Source: Neophaeotheca triangularis
Lineage: Eukaryota
Reading direction: 5' to 3'
Length of the DNA stretch: 64,000 bases
Assembly (NCBI GenBank): GCA_054600435.1
Contig: BAAIJX010000010.1
Span: 124,001 to 188,000 of the forward strand
A model generated the notes under the pieces. That model worked only from the letters and a program-made list of their open reading frames with translations, was not told the origin of the DNA and ran no database searches. Position 1 is the stretch's first letter. Every line of letters begins with the position of its first letter. Made by a program: the position numbers and the translations under genes. Below are positions 34,776 through 47,859 of this stretch, piece after piece.

Positions 34776-36785
34776 CTACGAATACGGATGCCGAGGAGTT
34801 GCTCCTCCTTCAGCAGTTGAAAACATGGCCTCATCATCCTCTTCCACATCAGACGTCTCCCTGTGCCCTTCTTCCCCCTGATCACCGTCATCACTTTCGT
34901 AATCCATCTCCACGTCGTTCCCATCCGCATCAGCATCCGTATTCTCTGCCCCTTCACTTGCGTCAGGACCGTCGCCCAAGCCATCTTCGTTGACATCTTC
35001 CAGGCGCTCAAGATCTCCGAGCGCATCTTCGTCGCTGCCATGTTCCATCTCTGCATCCTCATCTCGAGCTCTGCCTCTTTTGGCCTTGGGAATAGCTCTT
35101 GACCTGACCGAACCGAACCCATAGCGCCTGTTGTAGCGATCACTCGTCGCCTTTGAAAGTTTCAATTAGCTTCGAATCCAAGCATTTTGCGCTAGTTTTA
35201 CTTACGATTGTTCTGAAGTCGGCCGCTAGCTTTGCGAGACTCTGAGTCGTTCCGGAGTGGACTGACGGTATGATCGGTTGGTACGTTTGGTCTACAGCGA
35301 TTTCATCCGGAAACTGTGCAATGATCTCGTATTCCTCGTGCGGCAGCTCTACGCCTTGGGATAGCTTGTACAGCTTGTCCCTCATGATGGTGCGGACTTT
35401 TGCAACCGTGCCGTTGTGGAACCAGCCCCAGTTGACATTGTCGAACTCCTTGCGATAATTATCGGTGTTCAAAAGCTTCTGGAGTATTGGATCCGTCAAA
35501 TCACAGACCTGCCAGACCTTTCCGTTGATGCTGGCTCGTGTTCCATCGAAGATGTGATCAACGGGGTCTGCTGATGGACTATGGTAAGTGGCCCTGCCCC
35601 AGCTGGTCTTGTCCTTGTCTTTGGCAGTGTGCCGATCGATTTGGAACATGAAGCTTTGATAGAAGCGATGCTCTGGATCCTTGCGGGGGTCTACGCCATA
35701 TTTGATCAGCACGTCCCTAAACGGGCCGTTTTTGAAGCCGTAGGCTACATGCTGAACAGCTTCGTTGAAGACTGCCGCGCCAAATTCCTGAATGCGGTTA
35801 TTGGCCACTCTGCGGGTGATGATGGGACGCTCTTCCAACAAATTTTTCAGCGCGTCGACAGCGCGTGCCAGCATTTTTCTGTCAGCCACGAGCTCCGGTA
35901 TCTTCTGCCAAGGGCCCGTAGGTACATCTTTCTGATCCTTGTCGATTGGCAGCTGTCTCTTCTGATGTCTCCGTTGGGTGTTGACGACGCCGAGTTCTCC
36001 AGTTCCGTTCTCTTGTCCAAGTCTGATGTGAGGTGGCTGCTGGTACTCATAAAGATGTGGCAATCCGTCACCTATGAACGTGGGTGGTGGAGGAAAGGAA
36101 CTGCCGCCGTAGTTTCCGGGCTTCAAATTTGGTGGAACGTATTTTAGAGAGTCGTAGCTTGGTTTGTTGTAGTATTGTCTAAGTTGCTGAAAGATTGGCA
36201 CCTCAGTCAACCTGCTCTGGAAATCCGGCAGTTTTCGGAAACGATGCGATTCGTTGACGAGACCAATTGCTTCGATCGTGTAGTCATCCTGAGCTTCGCG
36301 CATTCGACGCAAGATGGCGGGTGAAGTGATATCTTGGGCGGAAGGTGCGGGCTTCGGGTCGTGCATGAATTCATTTGAGCTCCCACGCTTGCGTTTCCGG
36401 CCTGTACGCTTCGGCACAGTGATTTTTACGAGGATGTTGCGAGTTTTGACGCCATCTGCTTCGACCCATTTGGCGAAGGGATCGTTTGGTCTAAGCCTTG
36501 CACTGATCTGAGGCTCATCTTTTCGCTTGTCGATTTGGCTGTCGCCCACCGTTCGGTCAAGCAGCTTTTGATCGTCAGCGAGGGAAGTGAGGTTTCTATA
36601 AGATTGTAATTTACGTTTCTAATTTGTGGTTCACCGCCGAGAGATTTGATGCCGTTGTCGAGATTTCTGATTATGCATGGGTGCTCAATGCTCACAATCC
36701 GGTCAGAAGGTACTTCGAAGGTGGGCGCGGTCGAATATGCCTCTTTGCCGATCGGCGTCGACGCCTCTTCGCCCAAGGACGCCAT
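34776..36785 (-). CDS. TFC1: RNA polymerase III factor TFIIIC subunit tau95 (Tfc1/GTF3C5), 3 exons
   Basis: IVSIEHPCII..GIKSLGG, KITVPKRTGRKRKRG, HRFRKLPDFQ, ERPIITRR, YGFKNGPFRD..KYGVDPR, WQVCDLTDP, acidic C-terminal exon. Introns at about 36568-36614 and about 35151-35205. Confidence 0.88.
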
Positions 36786-37604
36786 GTCTCTGAGAGGGAG
36801 TGGTTCTGGAGTGACAAGATTCATGTCAGAAAAGCCGTGTTGCTTTTACTCCAGGCGAGCGAAAAATGGATGATCGAGTGTCGAGAAGTAATGTGTGAAG
36901 TACCTAGCGTCAAAGTAGATGTTTAAAGGTGAAGGTGAGGAACACTTGCTTGTGACTGGCCACACGGTAACGCAGTAAGCGGACCCCGCTGACGGGCTGT
37001 CCCGCGGGCTAGTCAGGCTAGTCACGGCTAGTCGACAGCCACACCTCACGTCCCGTCTTCGAACTGCTGCTGCAGCTGCTACCCGGACTCGCAGACTGCA
37101 CGCAACGGCGACAGCATCACCTCCGCTGTTTCTCTCTCTCTCTCCCTCTCCCTCCCCCCTCTCCCGCCAGCCATACTCGAGACCCTCCTCCACCACCGAC
37201 AACTCAATGCCCGCGCATTGCCCTTCGTCCACCCCCCGCTAGTCTTTGATCTTCCTGTCGTCTCTTGTTTCCGTGCCTCAACGGTTACTCCCGTGCTTCA
37301 ATCGTCACTGTCCGCCCGACCTTTTGCCAAGGCGTCATTTCCAACGACATCCTATCCCCTGCGCCCATCCACCGCCCCTCTCCGCGCCGCAGCATACAGT
37401 GCTAGCCGTCCGATGGCTTGTTAGCGATTCGCCGCCCCACTGTCGATATCAACCCCTCGAAACTCGAAACACGCGCGCGAGACTGGACGTATTGCTTGTC
37501 GATAACCACGGGAAACGCTTCGCCGCATTGGGTCATCCCACTGCAGTGCAGCCCTCTAGGCTCGGCAAAGGCTCGACGCATCGTCTCGCACGCAATAAGT
37601 CAAG

Positions 37605-39867
37605 ATGAAGGGGTTCAGGCAAAGAGTAGTAAGTCTCGTATAATAGGATGGACCTCAATTGATTCGCGCAGCCGTATTGATGTTTTGGATCTAACAGCAG
37701 GAACAGCTTTCGAGAACCAAGGATAAGGATGGCAACAAGATAACTAAGAAGAAGGACAACCAGTCGTCGGGCACCGCGTCGCCTCATGGCTCGGGCCAGT
37801 CCCCAGCGGGCTCCGGCCAGGCCACGCCGACGGGTTCGACGTCCAACCTTGCCGACACGAGAAACAAGCCCCTCCAAGGGCCCGAAAGTGCAACCCAATC
37901 GCATCCAGGTGCTCCTCCTCCGGCCGGCTCAAACCTCCATATGAGCACGCCGCAAAACCAGTTCATGCAGCCTGGAGCTGGCGGGGCTACGAGCCCGGGC
38001 GCAGGGCCTGGTCAGCCTTCCACTCCTGGCAGGCACGCACAGAACCCTTCGGCACCAAGCGTTGTTGTGTCGCCCAGTGCACCTGTGAGTAGTCACGACG
38101 TGGATAGCATCGCGCGGCGCGACTTCGCTCTTAATACTGACAGTGTACAGCACATTCCTCCCCCAGGCGCTGCCGAAACAATGCCCCACGATCTTGCCCC
38201 TCCCAAAGCTGGTCAGAAAAGCTTGATGTTCGACCGTCTGCAAGCCACACCCAAGGATACAGTACCTGAGGGTGTCAGAACACCGAAGCGTCAGCACTCG
38301 TCTAGATTCGACATTTCAGATCAAAGACAGCGCGAGCTCGAGAAGCTACCCGGCTTTCACGAGGTCTCTCCCAACCGACGACAAGAGCTCTTTATGCAAA
38401 AGTTGGATCAGTGCAATATCATCTTTGACTTCAACGATGCTTCTGGCGATATGAAGAGCAAGGAGATCAAGCGCTTGGCACTGCACGAGCTGCTAGACTA
38501 TGTCGCTCAGAACCGACAGGTTATCAGCGAGCCAATGTACCCGCGAGTGGTGGAGATGTTCAGCAAAAACCTCTTCCGACCGATACCGCCGCCCATGAAT
38601 CCCCAGGGCGAGGCTTTCGATCCGGAGGAGGACGAGCCCGTTTTGGAAGTGGCATGGCCGCATATCCAAGTCGTGTACGAGTTCTTCTTGCGTTTCATAG
38701 AAAGTCAGGACTTCAACACCAATTTCGCCAAACAATACATCGACCACGGCTTTGTCCTGCAGCTCCTGGAGCTCTTCGATTCGGAAGATCCACGTGAGAG
38801 AGACTTCCTAAAGACCACTCTTCACAGAATATACGGCAAGTTCCTCAACTTGCGTAGCTACATCCGACGGAGCATCAACAACGTCTTCTTCCAATTCATC
38901 TACGAGACGGAGCGCTTCAACGGTATTGCTGAGCTGTTGGAGATTCTCGGGTCCATCATCAATGGTTTCGCGCTGCCACTCAAGGAGGAACACAAGCTGT
39001 TCTTGACGCGCGTGCTCATACCGCTCCATAAAGTCAAGAGCTTGAGCATGTATCACCCGCAGCTGGCGTATTGCATCGTGCAATTCTTGGAAAAGGACGC
39101 TGCGCTCACTGAGGAGGTAGTGCTGGGCTTACTGCGTTATTGGCCAAAGGTCAACAGCACCAAGGAGGTCATGTTCCTTAATGAAGTTGAGGACATTTTC
39201 GAGGTCATGGACCCGGCAGAGTTCGCCAAGGTGCAAGAGCCGCTTTTCAACCAGCTCTCGAAGAGTGTCGCAAGCCCTCACTTCCAGGTAAGCTTCCGAT
39301 GTCTTTGAATTTTCGAATGTGCACTTGCTAACATTACACGCCAGGTGGCTGAGCGCGCCCTCTATTTCTGGAACAACGAGTACTTCTGTAACCTTGTCAG
39401 CGACAACGTGGACGTCATCCTGCCAATCATGTTCGCGCCGCTGTATGAAAATTCAAAGGGGCATTGGAATAGGTATGGTCTCCAAGTTGGGATGGGGTAG
39501 AACATTATAGCTGACGTTTTTTAGGACCATCCACGGCATGGTGTACAATGCCATGAAATTGTTCATGGAAGTCAACCCACAGCTTTTCGACGAATGCTCG
39601 CATGACTACACCGAAACCCAAAACAATGCCGAAGCCGTCAAGGCCAGCCGGCAGGCGAAATGGGACCGTCTCACCCAGCTCGCAGAGTCCATGAAGCAGA
39701 ACGGCCATGCCCCGGCGACCTCACGTGCGCCCGGCTCTTACAGCAAGAGCAGCGTCAAAGCGCCCGCGGCGATTGCGGAGGATGAGGAGAGCCGCGCTCG
39801 CATGGAGCAGCTGAGGTTGCAAGATCGGCCGGGAGAACACGAGAGGCATAGCAGCTCGGTACGTTGA
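37605..39867 (+). CDS. RTS1: PP2A regulatory subunit B' (B56), multi-exon
   Basis: Exon 1 MKGFRQRV (37605-37628), intron to 37697. [54 protein letters not shown] motifs. Confidence 0.96.
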
Positions 39868-40942
39868 CCAGTGCTATTTGCTTTGATCATCACTGGCAGC
39901 AAACAAAACCTTTTCTTTTTCATTTTCTGCGTTCAGTCTTCGCGCATCTTTTCGTGGGCGCTTTTCGAGAAGCACGCCGCTGGATACTGCTGGGCGGGCA
40001 TGTTCGGGCGTACGATTGCGAGCAGACTCTTGTCCCTGAGTAGGGGCAACAATCTACGGAGAGCATTTTTCAGAGTACAAGCAAGCTGGCTGGCAGGGAT
40101 GTTTGTGCATAGCAGTGGCGTTTAGAAGCAAGCAACGAAACGAGAATCGAAGCTGGAGAGTTTATTTCTTTGCGTTTTTTTTTTTTTTAAAAACAGAGCA
40201 TTCCTACACCACCATTTTCGAATCATTCACTTCACCACTGGTCGGCCTTATCCTGCTACACGGCTGCTAACATGGCTGATAGAAGCGGTCCCAACAGCAT
40301 CAAGTCCACGTCAAATCGGCTGGCACTCACAGCGTGCATATGGGTTCCGCACGCTCTGCGCGCAGTCGCAGTAACAGTGCCGGCAGCGGTGCGCGTGGCG
40401 TGCAACAACCAGGCCATGCGAGGAGGAAGAGCAGGGATTCCGGGGCCGGGAGTCAAAAGCAGGATGGCCTTATTATGGGTGGAGGCGGCGGTGATGGGGG
40501 TGATGCGGAGAGTGAGAATTAAGCGTTTCAAACTCCGCTGGCAACGCTTTCCTGTTGATCGGTGGAGGAGTACGGCGTATGTTTCGGCGTAGAAGCGGGC
40601 TTTTGGGTGACCTCAAGCTGCTAGTACGCGTACGAATGGTATTAGGGGAACTTGGTAATCAGTATCTAGCAAGTGTAGCGTTCATCCTGGTCGACGTTAG
40701 AGACTTCCATTGCAGAACATCGAGCTATTGCTGCACAAGATATCAACACCCTTCGAGATGCCGACTTGGCAACGAAACACTTCATAACTATTGCAACACG
40801 TAGATAACACATTGTTCTCGTGTTAAGCCGCAGCCTAGAGCAATGCAACACCATTGCAACACGTAATAAGCGCTACAACACGCGGAAAACTCAACACAAC
40901 ACGTGCAAAACACATCAGTTGAGAACCACCCCAACAGATTGA

Positions 40943-41022
40943 GGTCCAATGGTCTAGTGGTATGATTCTTGCTTTGGGATACAATGTGCAAGAGGCCCCG
41001 CGTTCGAATCGCGGTTGGACCC
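40943..41022 (+). tRNA. tRNA-Pro(TGG) with 8-nt intron (40979-40986)
   Basis: Acceptor stem GGTCCAA/TTGGACC, A-box TGGTCTAGTGG, anticodon stem CTTGC/GCAAG, TGG at 40975-40977, T-arm CCGCG TTCGAAT CGCGG. 72 nt after splicing. Confidence 0.95.
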
Positions 41023-41046
41023 CCTTTCAATGATGGGTAAACCATC

Positions 41047-41053
41047 TTTTTTT
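41047..41053 (+). terminator. Pol III oligo-T terminator of tRNA-Pro
   Basis: T7 run 25 nt downstream of the tRNA end. Confidence 0.75.
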
Positions 41054-41991
41054 GGCTTTTTCTTTTTCACCTTGAATTTAATGTGCCGCACATCGTGATT
41101 TTTTAAAAGTATCATTAGTTACAACTTTTAAAATATTATAATTGCTTCTTGTGTCTTGTTCGCTTGTACTATTACGAATTCATAGAATACCTGCTTTCCT
41201 CATATAACAAATCCCTTCACTTCCAAAACACATCTCCCTCGGCGATTTTTGAGGACTTTTCTTTTTGTCTCATGAATCCAAAGCACTTTTTTCAGGAATG
41301 CTTGACTTTGAATACCACCGCGTCACTCACTCCTCTATTTTTGCCTTGTCTGTTTTTTTTACAAAAAAATCTTCGGACTTCACCAAAAATAATAAATATA
41401 TCGTCAAACGTACGCGTGGAAGCTGTCGTTGTCTCGGGGACAAAATGGCGTTTGACATGTTTCCTAACTACTGTAGCTAGGGGTAAGAATGCTCTCCCAC
41501 GGCTTGCTCCAGACACAACAGAAAGACATCGCGATCTGAAATGTTTGGGATCGGAGTTGAGCTCGTCTGAGTACGTGATTGCCAAACATGTGCTACCTAG
41601 GTACTTGGGCGCTTCCCATTATATATAAATAATGTCGCAGGCAGTACCAGCATTGATTCCACTACCCCTTAAAGCAACCCAATATATGGGTACGGTCGAG
41701 CGCTATATCCGTATTTATATCAGCATCATAACAAATCATCCTCTATAGTGTTGGCGAGGAGACGGCCCTTCGGAGTCAATATACAAGAGCTCGTCTGCCG
41801 ACCTGCTGAACAGTCACTAGCACCTTGTAATCACCTGGACTGTCCACCCCTCCTTGTACGCTCTGCAACCATGACCCTCCAACGCTTCTATTCTTTGCAG
41901 CTCCCCACGAAACCCTTACCACCGGAATCATTTGCTCGGCCCAACGATTTTCACACCTGGTACTAGCTAACCGCTGCGAACCACGTCCACC

Positions 41992-42813
41992 ATGAACCCA
42001 ACCATATCCCGCGACACCAACCCAACACGCCACACAACCACAACCCTCGACCTACAAACCCAACCCCCTCTCCCCTTCGAAACCTGCCGCATCCTCGAAC
42101 TCAGCACCCCGTCAAGCCCAGCCACACACCTCGACGTCCTAGACACGATCCCACGCCGCCATAACCCCACCGACCGGCTCTTAGTCCTACACCCACTGAC
42201 CCCTGACGCCGCTTCCAATGACCCCCTGGCCAGAATCTCCAGTAGCTTACTCTGGTTCCTGCACGCCAGACTCAATGAGCTGAACCTCCGGCGCTGGGAG
42301 AGCGGGAAAGCGACGAGGGGGGAGTTGGAAGCTAGAAGGGTGAGCTGGGGGGTCGTGCATGCGGTTTTGATGAGGAGGGTTGCCGGGTTGGAGGGGGAGG
42401 TGGGCGTGGATGGGGTGTTTGGGGGGCCTAGACCTGGCGGGGCGCTGGGGGTGCTTTGGGGCGTTGTTTGTGGTGTGGGGGTTGCTGGGGATGGTGGTGT
42501 TGACGAGAGGTTGCGGGCGCTTTCTGAGAGGAGTACTGGGGCCTCTGATAGTGGGTTGGAGAGGGAGGCGGTTTTTGATGACGGGGAGTTGAGTGCGTGT
42601 CGGCAAAAGCATTTGGAGGCGGTTGGGGGTCTTGATCGTGGACGACTCGCTTGGTGGTTGAGCAGGCCTGGACGAGATGCTAGTGAGAAGGCGGGAGCGA
42701 AAGCTGAGATCAAGTCAGCAGTGTTCGACGCCGGAAGATTGAAAGCGAGGCTGGATGAGATCGATATGAGCCTTGTGGGGCATCATCGAAGGAGGCTCGC
42801 AGGGTCCGCTTGA
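41992..42813 (+). CDS. Hypothetical protein (273 aa)
   Basis: ATG in CACCATG context. Fills the gap between tRNA and ERG20. Same C-rich 5'/G-rich 3' skew as neighbouring genes. No domain recognised. Confidence 0.5.
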   Translation: MNPTISRDTNPTRHTTTTLDLQTQPPLPFETCRILELSTPSSPATHLDVLDTIPRRHNPTDRLLVLHPLTPDAASNDPLARISSSLLWFLHARLNELNLRRWESGKATRGELEARRVSWGVVHAVLMRRVAGLEGEVGVDGVFGGPRPGGALGVLWGVVCGVGVAGDGGVDERLRALSERSTGASDSGLEREAVFDDGELSACRQKHLEAVGGLDRGRLAWWLSRPGRDASEKAGAKAEIKSAVFDAGRLKARLDEIDMSLVGHHRRRLAGSA

Positions 42814-43006
42814 GGAATCGGTCCAAGCCGAGGAGGTGGCCAAAAAGCCTTTGTATTACTTACGTGAAGTCCAGTAGTCAGCATCTCTCAGATGTCCGAT
42901 TTGGGCAAGCTTAATTACTGGCGTGGGTGCCTCGAACGAGTTAGGTTACATTTTACTGGCAAACGCCACAAAAGCTTTTGGTATTTCGTCCAGATCTTCT
43001 ATGCCT

Positions 43007-44162
43007 CTATTTCGTCCTCTTGTAGATCTTCCTCAAGAATTCCTCAAACACCTCTTTCTTCAGGCCACCACTCTCATCCACCTCCTCAATGCGCTTGCGA
43101 ATTTCCCCAACCCTCTCCTCCTCATATTGGTGGTACACCTTCTCCAATTCCAGCTCGTTGAAGACCTCCTTAACCCTCGCCTCACACTCCTTGTCCTTGC
43201 GCCCATACTGCTGGTCCAACACCTTCCTCTGCTCGGCGTTGCATCTTTTGAGCGCCTGGTTGACGAGCCAGCTGCACTTGTTGTCCTGGATATCCGTACC
43301 AATCTTGCCCAAGACTGACGGGTCGGCGAAGTTGTCAAGGTAGTCATCTTGCACTTGGAAGTACTCGCCCATCGGAATGAGAATATCCTCGGCTTGCTTT
43401 AGGTTTGAGGCGGAAGCTTGGCCGGTGAAATGCAGAGCGAGTGCGACGGGAAGGTAGAAGGAGTAGTATGCGGTCTTGTAGATGACGATGAAAGTGTACT
43501 TCTCCAACGAGAAGTTGTTGAGGTCGACATTGTCCTCTGGTGCAGTCAGTAGATCGCAAGCCTGGCCCAGCTCGGTCTGGAATGTGACTTCGTGGAACAG
43601 CTCCATCAGGTCGACGTAGCAGGCTTCCTGGCGAAAATACTTCTTCAGGAGAAGGTAGATGGACGACTCCAGCATGAAGGCATCGTTGATGGCGATCATG
43701 CCGACGTTGGGCATGAGGTACCAGCATGGGTTGCCACGGCGGGTTTTGGATGAATCCATTATGTCGTCGCTAACGAGGAAGAAGGCTTGGAGCAGCTCAA
43801 TCATCCAGCCCAGGGTGGCCGCGCGGAAGAATTCATCCTGTGTGAGCTCGCGCTGGAGCAGGAGCTGGGTGGTGTCGACGACGGAGAGGCCGCGGTTGCA
43901 CTTGCCGCCGATGGTGTTGTGGTTGAGGTTCTACGGCTGGCGGATCAGTCAATCGAGGTAGCATGAGCGGGGGAGGGGGGGGGAAGGGGGAGGGGGAGGG
44001 GAATAAGCAGAGAAGTAGGTACTAGGAACGCGAGGGCATCGGGCGTACCTGTTCAAACCAGTTGAGGGCTTGGTCGGGCAGCTTGTACTTTTGGCAGTGC
44101 TCTTTCAGGTCGGCAACCAGCTTGGGGAAGACGGACTCGAAGTCCTTGAGAGAGGTCGACAT
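43007..44162 (-). CDS. ERG20: Farnesyl pyrophosphate synthase
   Basis: [20 protein letters not shown] (first Asp-rich motif), [38 protein letters not shown]. First exon 44162-44049, intron to about 43931. Confidence 0.97.
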
Positions 44163-44736
44163 GATTTGTGGTGGAAGTGGAAGTGGAAGTGGTGGCTTTG
44201 AGGTGAGCCTTGTATTCGAAACGGACGAAGACGAATCAGTGCTAAAAGCAGCCAAGGGGGGGAATCGCAGACTGGGCAGACAACGAGACCTGACAAGGCC
44301 GACGGAACGAAGAAGCAGTGCAATGACGGGCGGTGAGGATGATTAATGTTGTATCCAGATAGAAGTGGTCAACGTTATCCAGGTAAGGTACCTTACCTTA
44401 CCACCTCTAGCGGCAGAATGGGTCGACAATATTAAGTTAATTGTTGGCCCTTGTTTACTTCCATTTCATGCAGGGTCCGATATGTCCGATACCGGGCCGT
44501 ACCATCTGATAGTCTGATAAAGAACGTGCGTGGGTGTTTGCGCTTGCCCGCTTTGAGCTGAGGTCGCGAATGTCACGTCACGTTCCTACAGACGCGTTTC
44601 GACATCCATCCCTACATATCCATATCGAATACATGTTGCAACAAATCTCTAGACGCTGAAGAAACTGGACGCGTTAGCCGGACTCTAGTCGCATATACGG
44701 TCGGGCTCAAACCCCACCCCACCCCACCTCACCAAC

Positions 44737-46794
44737 ATGGCGGCCATGACAGACGAGCAGTGTCGAGAGCTCCAGGCGCAGCTCCAGAAAGCAGTCGTAG
44801 AGTGTAACGAGCGATGTCTTTACTACGCTGCCAAGTGGTACGTCTCTTATCATACCCGAATCTTCAGCTCGACTTGATCCTGACATGTACTAAGGTCCGC
44901 AGAACTACTCAATTCCTTTTCCACCGACGACATTGAAGATCGAGACGACTCCTCGGATACCGATATCGACGATGATGAGCCTCCCCCCAACCCACTTCCA
45001 ACGAACCATGATCGACTAGAAGCGAAACTAGAAGCCAAAGAGAGGCCCCGATATCTCATGGCCAAATCTTTCTTCGACTGCCGCGAGTTCGATCGATGTG
45101 CTGCAGTCTTCTTGCCTTCTACACCCGCCCATCACAGCACTCAATCTCAGAACGTTCTCTCTCCGATCAAGTTACAGACAACACCAAGAGGCAAGAACTT
45201 CAATGCTCCAAATCCACCAAAAGCGCCCAAAGCGCCTCCTCTGGTAGCGCCGAAAAAGCTCAGCCAAAAGTCACTGTTTCTCGCGCTGTATGCTCGGTAT
45301 CTGTCCGGCGAGAAACGCAAGAATGAGGATTCTGAAACGATACTGGGTCCCGCAGATGGGGCGGTCACTGCGAACAAAGAGATACCGGGTTTGGTAGCTG
45401 TCATGGAAGACTACTTCACCTCAAGAGGTGGCATCGAAAATACGAACAACTCGCAGGGTTGGCTGGATTATCTTTACGGCGTTGTCCTACTAAAGAACAA
45501 GTCCGAACCTCTTGCAAAGCAATGGCTCCTCCGCAGTGTCAGTCTCAATCCAAACAACTGGTCTGCTTGGCTCGAACTCGCGAACATGTTGAGCTCTGAA
45601 ACCGAGCTACGTGACCTCAGTGCCGACCTTCCGCAGAACATCATGACCTTGTTCTTTCATATTCATACAAGCCAGGAAATGTACCTACAGTCTCCAGAGC
45701 TATACGATACGCTCGCGCAAATGCAGACCATATTCCCAACGTCTGCCTTTCTCCAGCAACAACGCGCTCTCCTACACTACCACGCCAAGGATCATGAATC
45801 TGCAGAGCAAGCCTTCGAAACCCTCCTTCAAACCCATCCTCAGAGGTTGGAAGCAACGGAAATATATTCAAACCTCCTCTACGTCATACCCAATCGATCC
45901 AAGCTTGCCCTCTTGGCCTCCGCCGCATCCGCAACAGACAAGTTCCGTCCCGAGACGAACTGCATCCTCGGAAACTACTACTCTCTCTTGGCCGAGCACG
46001 AAAAGGCCGTCCTCCACTTTCGCCGAGCCCTCGCTCTCGACCGCTCCTACCAAGCCGCTTGGACGCTCATGGGCCACGAGTACATCGAGCTCAAGAACAC
46101 CCAAGCAGCCATCGAATCCTACCGACGCGCCGTCGACAACAATCGCAAAGACTACCGCGCCTGGTACGGTCTAGGTCAGGGCTACGAAATGCTCGAATGC
46201 TACTCCTACTCGCTTTTCTACTACAACCGGGCCGCCGCGCTCTGTCCCAACGACCCCAAAATGTGGGCGGCCGTCGGCAACGCTTACGGCAAGTGTGAGA
46301 AACTCGGTAGCGCGATCCAGGCTTACAAGCGTGCTTTACTGGTCGGCAGCTCCATCGACACGTCCAGTTCATTTGGCTCCGCCAACTCTGACCCCCTCTC
46401 GCATGCCGTGGGCGGCGCACTGGATCCACAAATCCTGTACGACATCGCCCTTCTGTACGAGCGCGACAGCAACCTGGAAGAAGCGGCCGCATACATGGAA
46501 CTCACGCTGGCGCAGGAAGACGGACCGGATGACACAGGGGCGGGTGGGCTGTCTACTGGTGGTGGTGGTGGTGAGGAAGCTGGCCTTGGTGTCACGCAGA
46601 CGACTTCGAGGGCGCGGCTGTGGCTGGCTAGGTGGTGCTATCAGACTGGCGAGTGGCAGCGGAGTCTGGAGTTGGCGAACGAGCTTTGTCAGGATGGAGT
46701 GGAGGTTGAGGAGGCTAAAGCGCTGGTTAGAGATGTTAGAGGGCGGTTGGGGGTCGTGGCTGCCGAGGAGGCTGGGGTTATTGGGGAGGGATGA
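44737..46794 (+). CDS. CDC23: Anaphase-promoting complex subunit 8 (Cdc23/Cut23), TPR protein
   Basis: ECNERCLYYAAKW exon, intron about 44837-44893. AKSFFDCREFDRCA, KFRPETNCILGNYYS, AWTLMGHEYIELKNT, DYRAWYGLGQ. Confidence 0.95.
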
Positions 46795-47859
46795 CGTGTG
46801 GTTGAGTGTGTAATTCGTCTCTTGCAGCCGGGCAGCAAGTATCACTTTGCGCTGCATCTGTTCTCCTTTCACCTCTTCGCGATTGACCGAGTCATTCTGT
46901 CATGAGTCTTCGCTACCTGCTGGGGTCTCTAGGGTCAGAGTTTGAGTGGTCTGATTTTCGTAAGGGCCAGCAGCAACTTGATGCCCCTAGCTTCACGGCT
47001 TCCCTCCATCACTCCGTGCAGCTCTTATTGTCCTCGCCAAGGCACGATGGTCGTTTTGGCGGATTCCACCGTGTTTGAGCATGTCGTCTAGGAAAACCCG
47101 AATGTCGGTGAATTGACCAGCTTATGAATTCACGATCACGCAAATACCTAGCTTGTTCAATGTACAGCTAGTTACCCAAGAACAACACAATTACTGGTCC
47201 ATACAGCATGGCAAGAAGATGGAGTGCCTCACATTCATCCAGTACTCTGATGTTAGAAAACATGACTTTTGCGAATAAAGAAGACCAGACAGCACCTCGC
47301 GATCCAGTTTTCACCTCGCGCAATATACCCGCTTCTCATTTACAAGCATTCGAACTGCACATGGCTGATCCACAGCGGTATCTACCTAGGTTTAACACAA
47401 TACTGAACAGGCTGTAGCAGCTTAGTCAATAGTCGAGATGGAAAGGTGGCCCCGTGGTACGAAGAGCCAGAAACGACCTCGGGAGAATGGAAGGCGGCCT
47501 GGTGTGAAGATCCGTATCGATGCTAGAGGCCACGTGCCTTCCTAATTGGGCAAGCTCTTCAGGATGATAACTGACCACCTGCAAGCTAAGGTAGGTAAGG
47601 TACCTATGCATCCATCTTAAGCCGTATCTCTTGGCTGCGCGATGACATGCCTGAGGTGATTATTGGGCCTTTTCAATGCCAATCGATCTAGGCACGAGGT
47701 TGAAGAGTACAGGCTACAGGTAGTCATGCAGGTACCGCTCTGCTTTTCTTCCTCCTACCGTAGTCCACCTCTAGAGAAGATACAAAGGCAAGTTCTCATA
47801 CTCTCACCACACTTTTTTCCTTTGCTCTCCCACACTTCCTCCCCTCCAAAGCCGCCAGC

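Noticed and set aside
34776..41022. TFIIIC subunit gene near a tRNA gene
   Set aside because: Separated by RTS1; proximity is plausibly chance.
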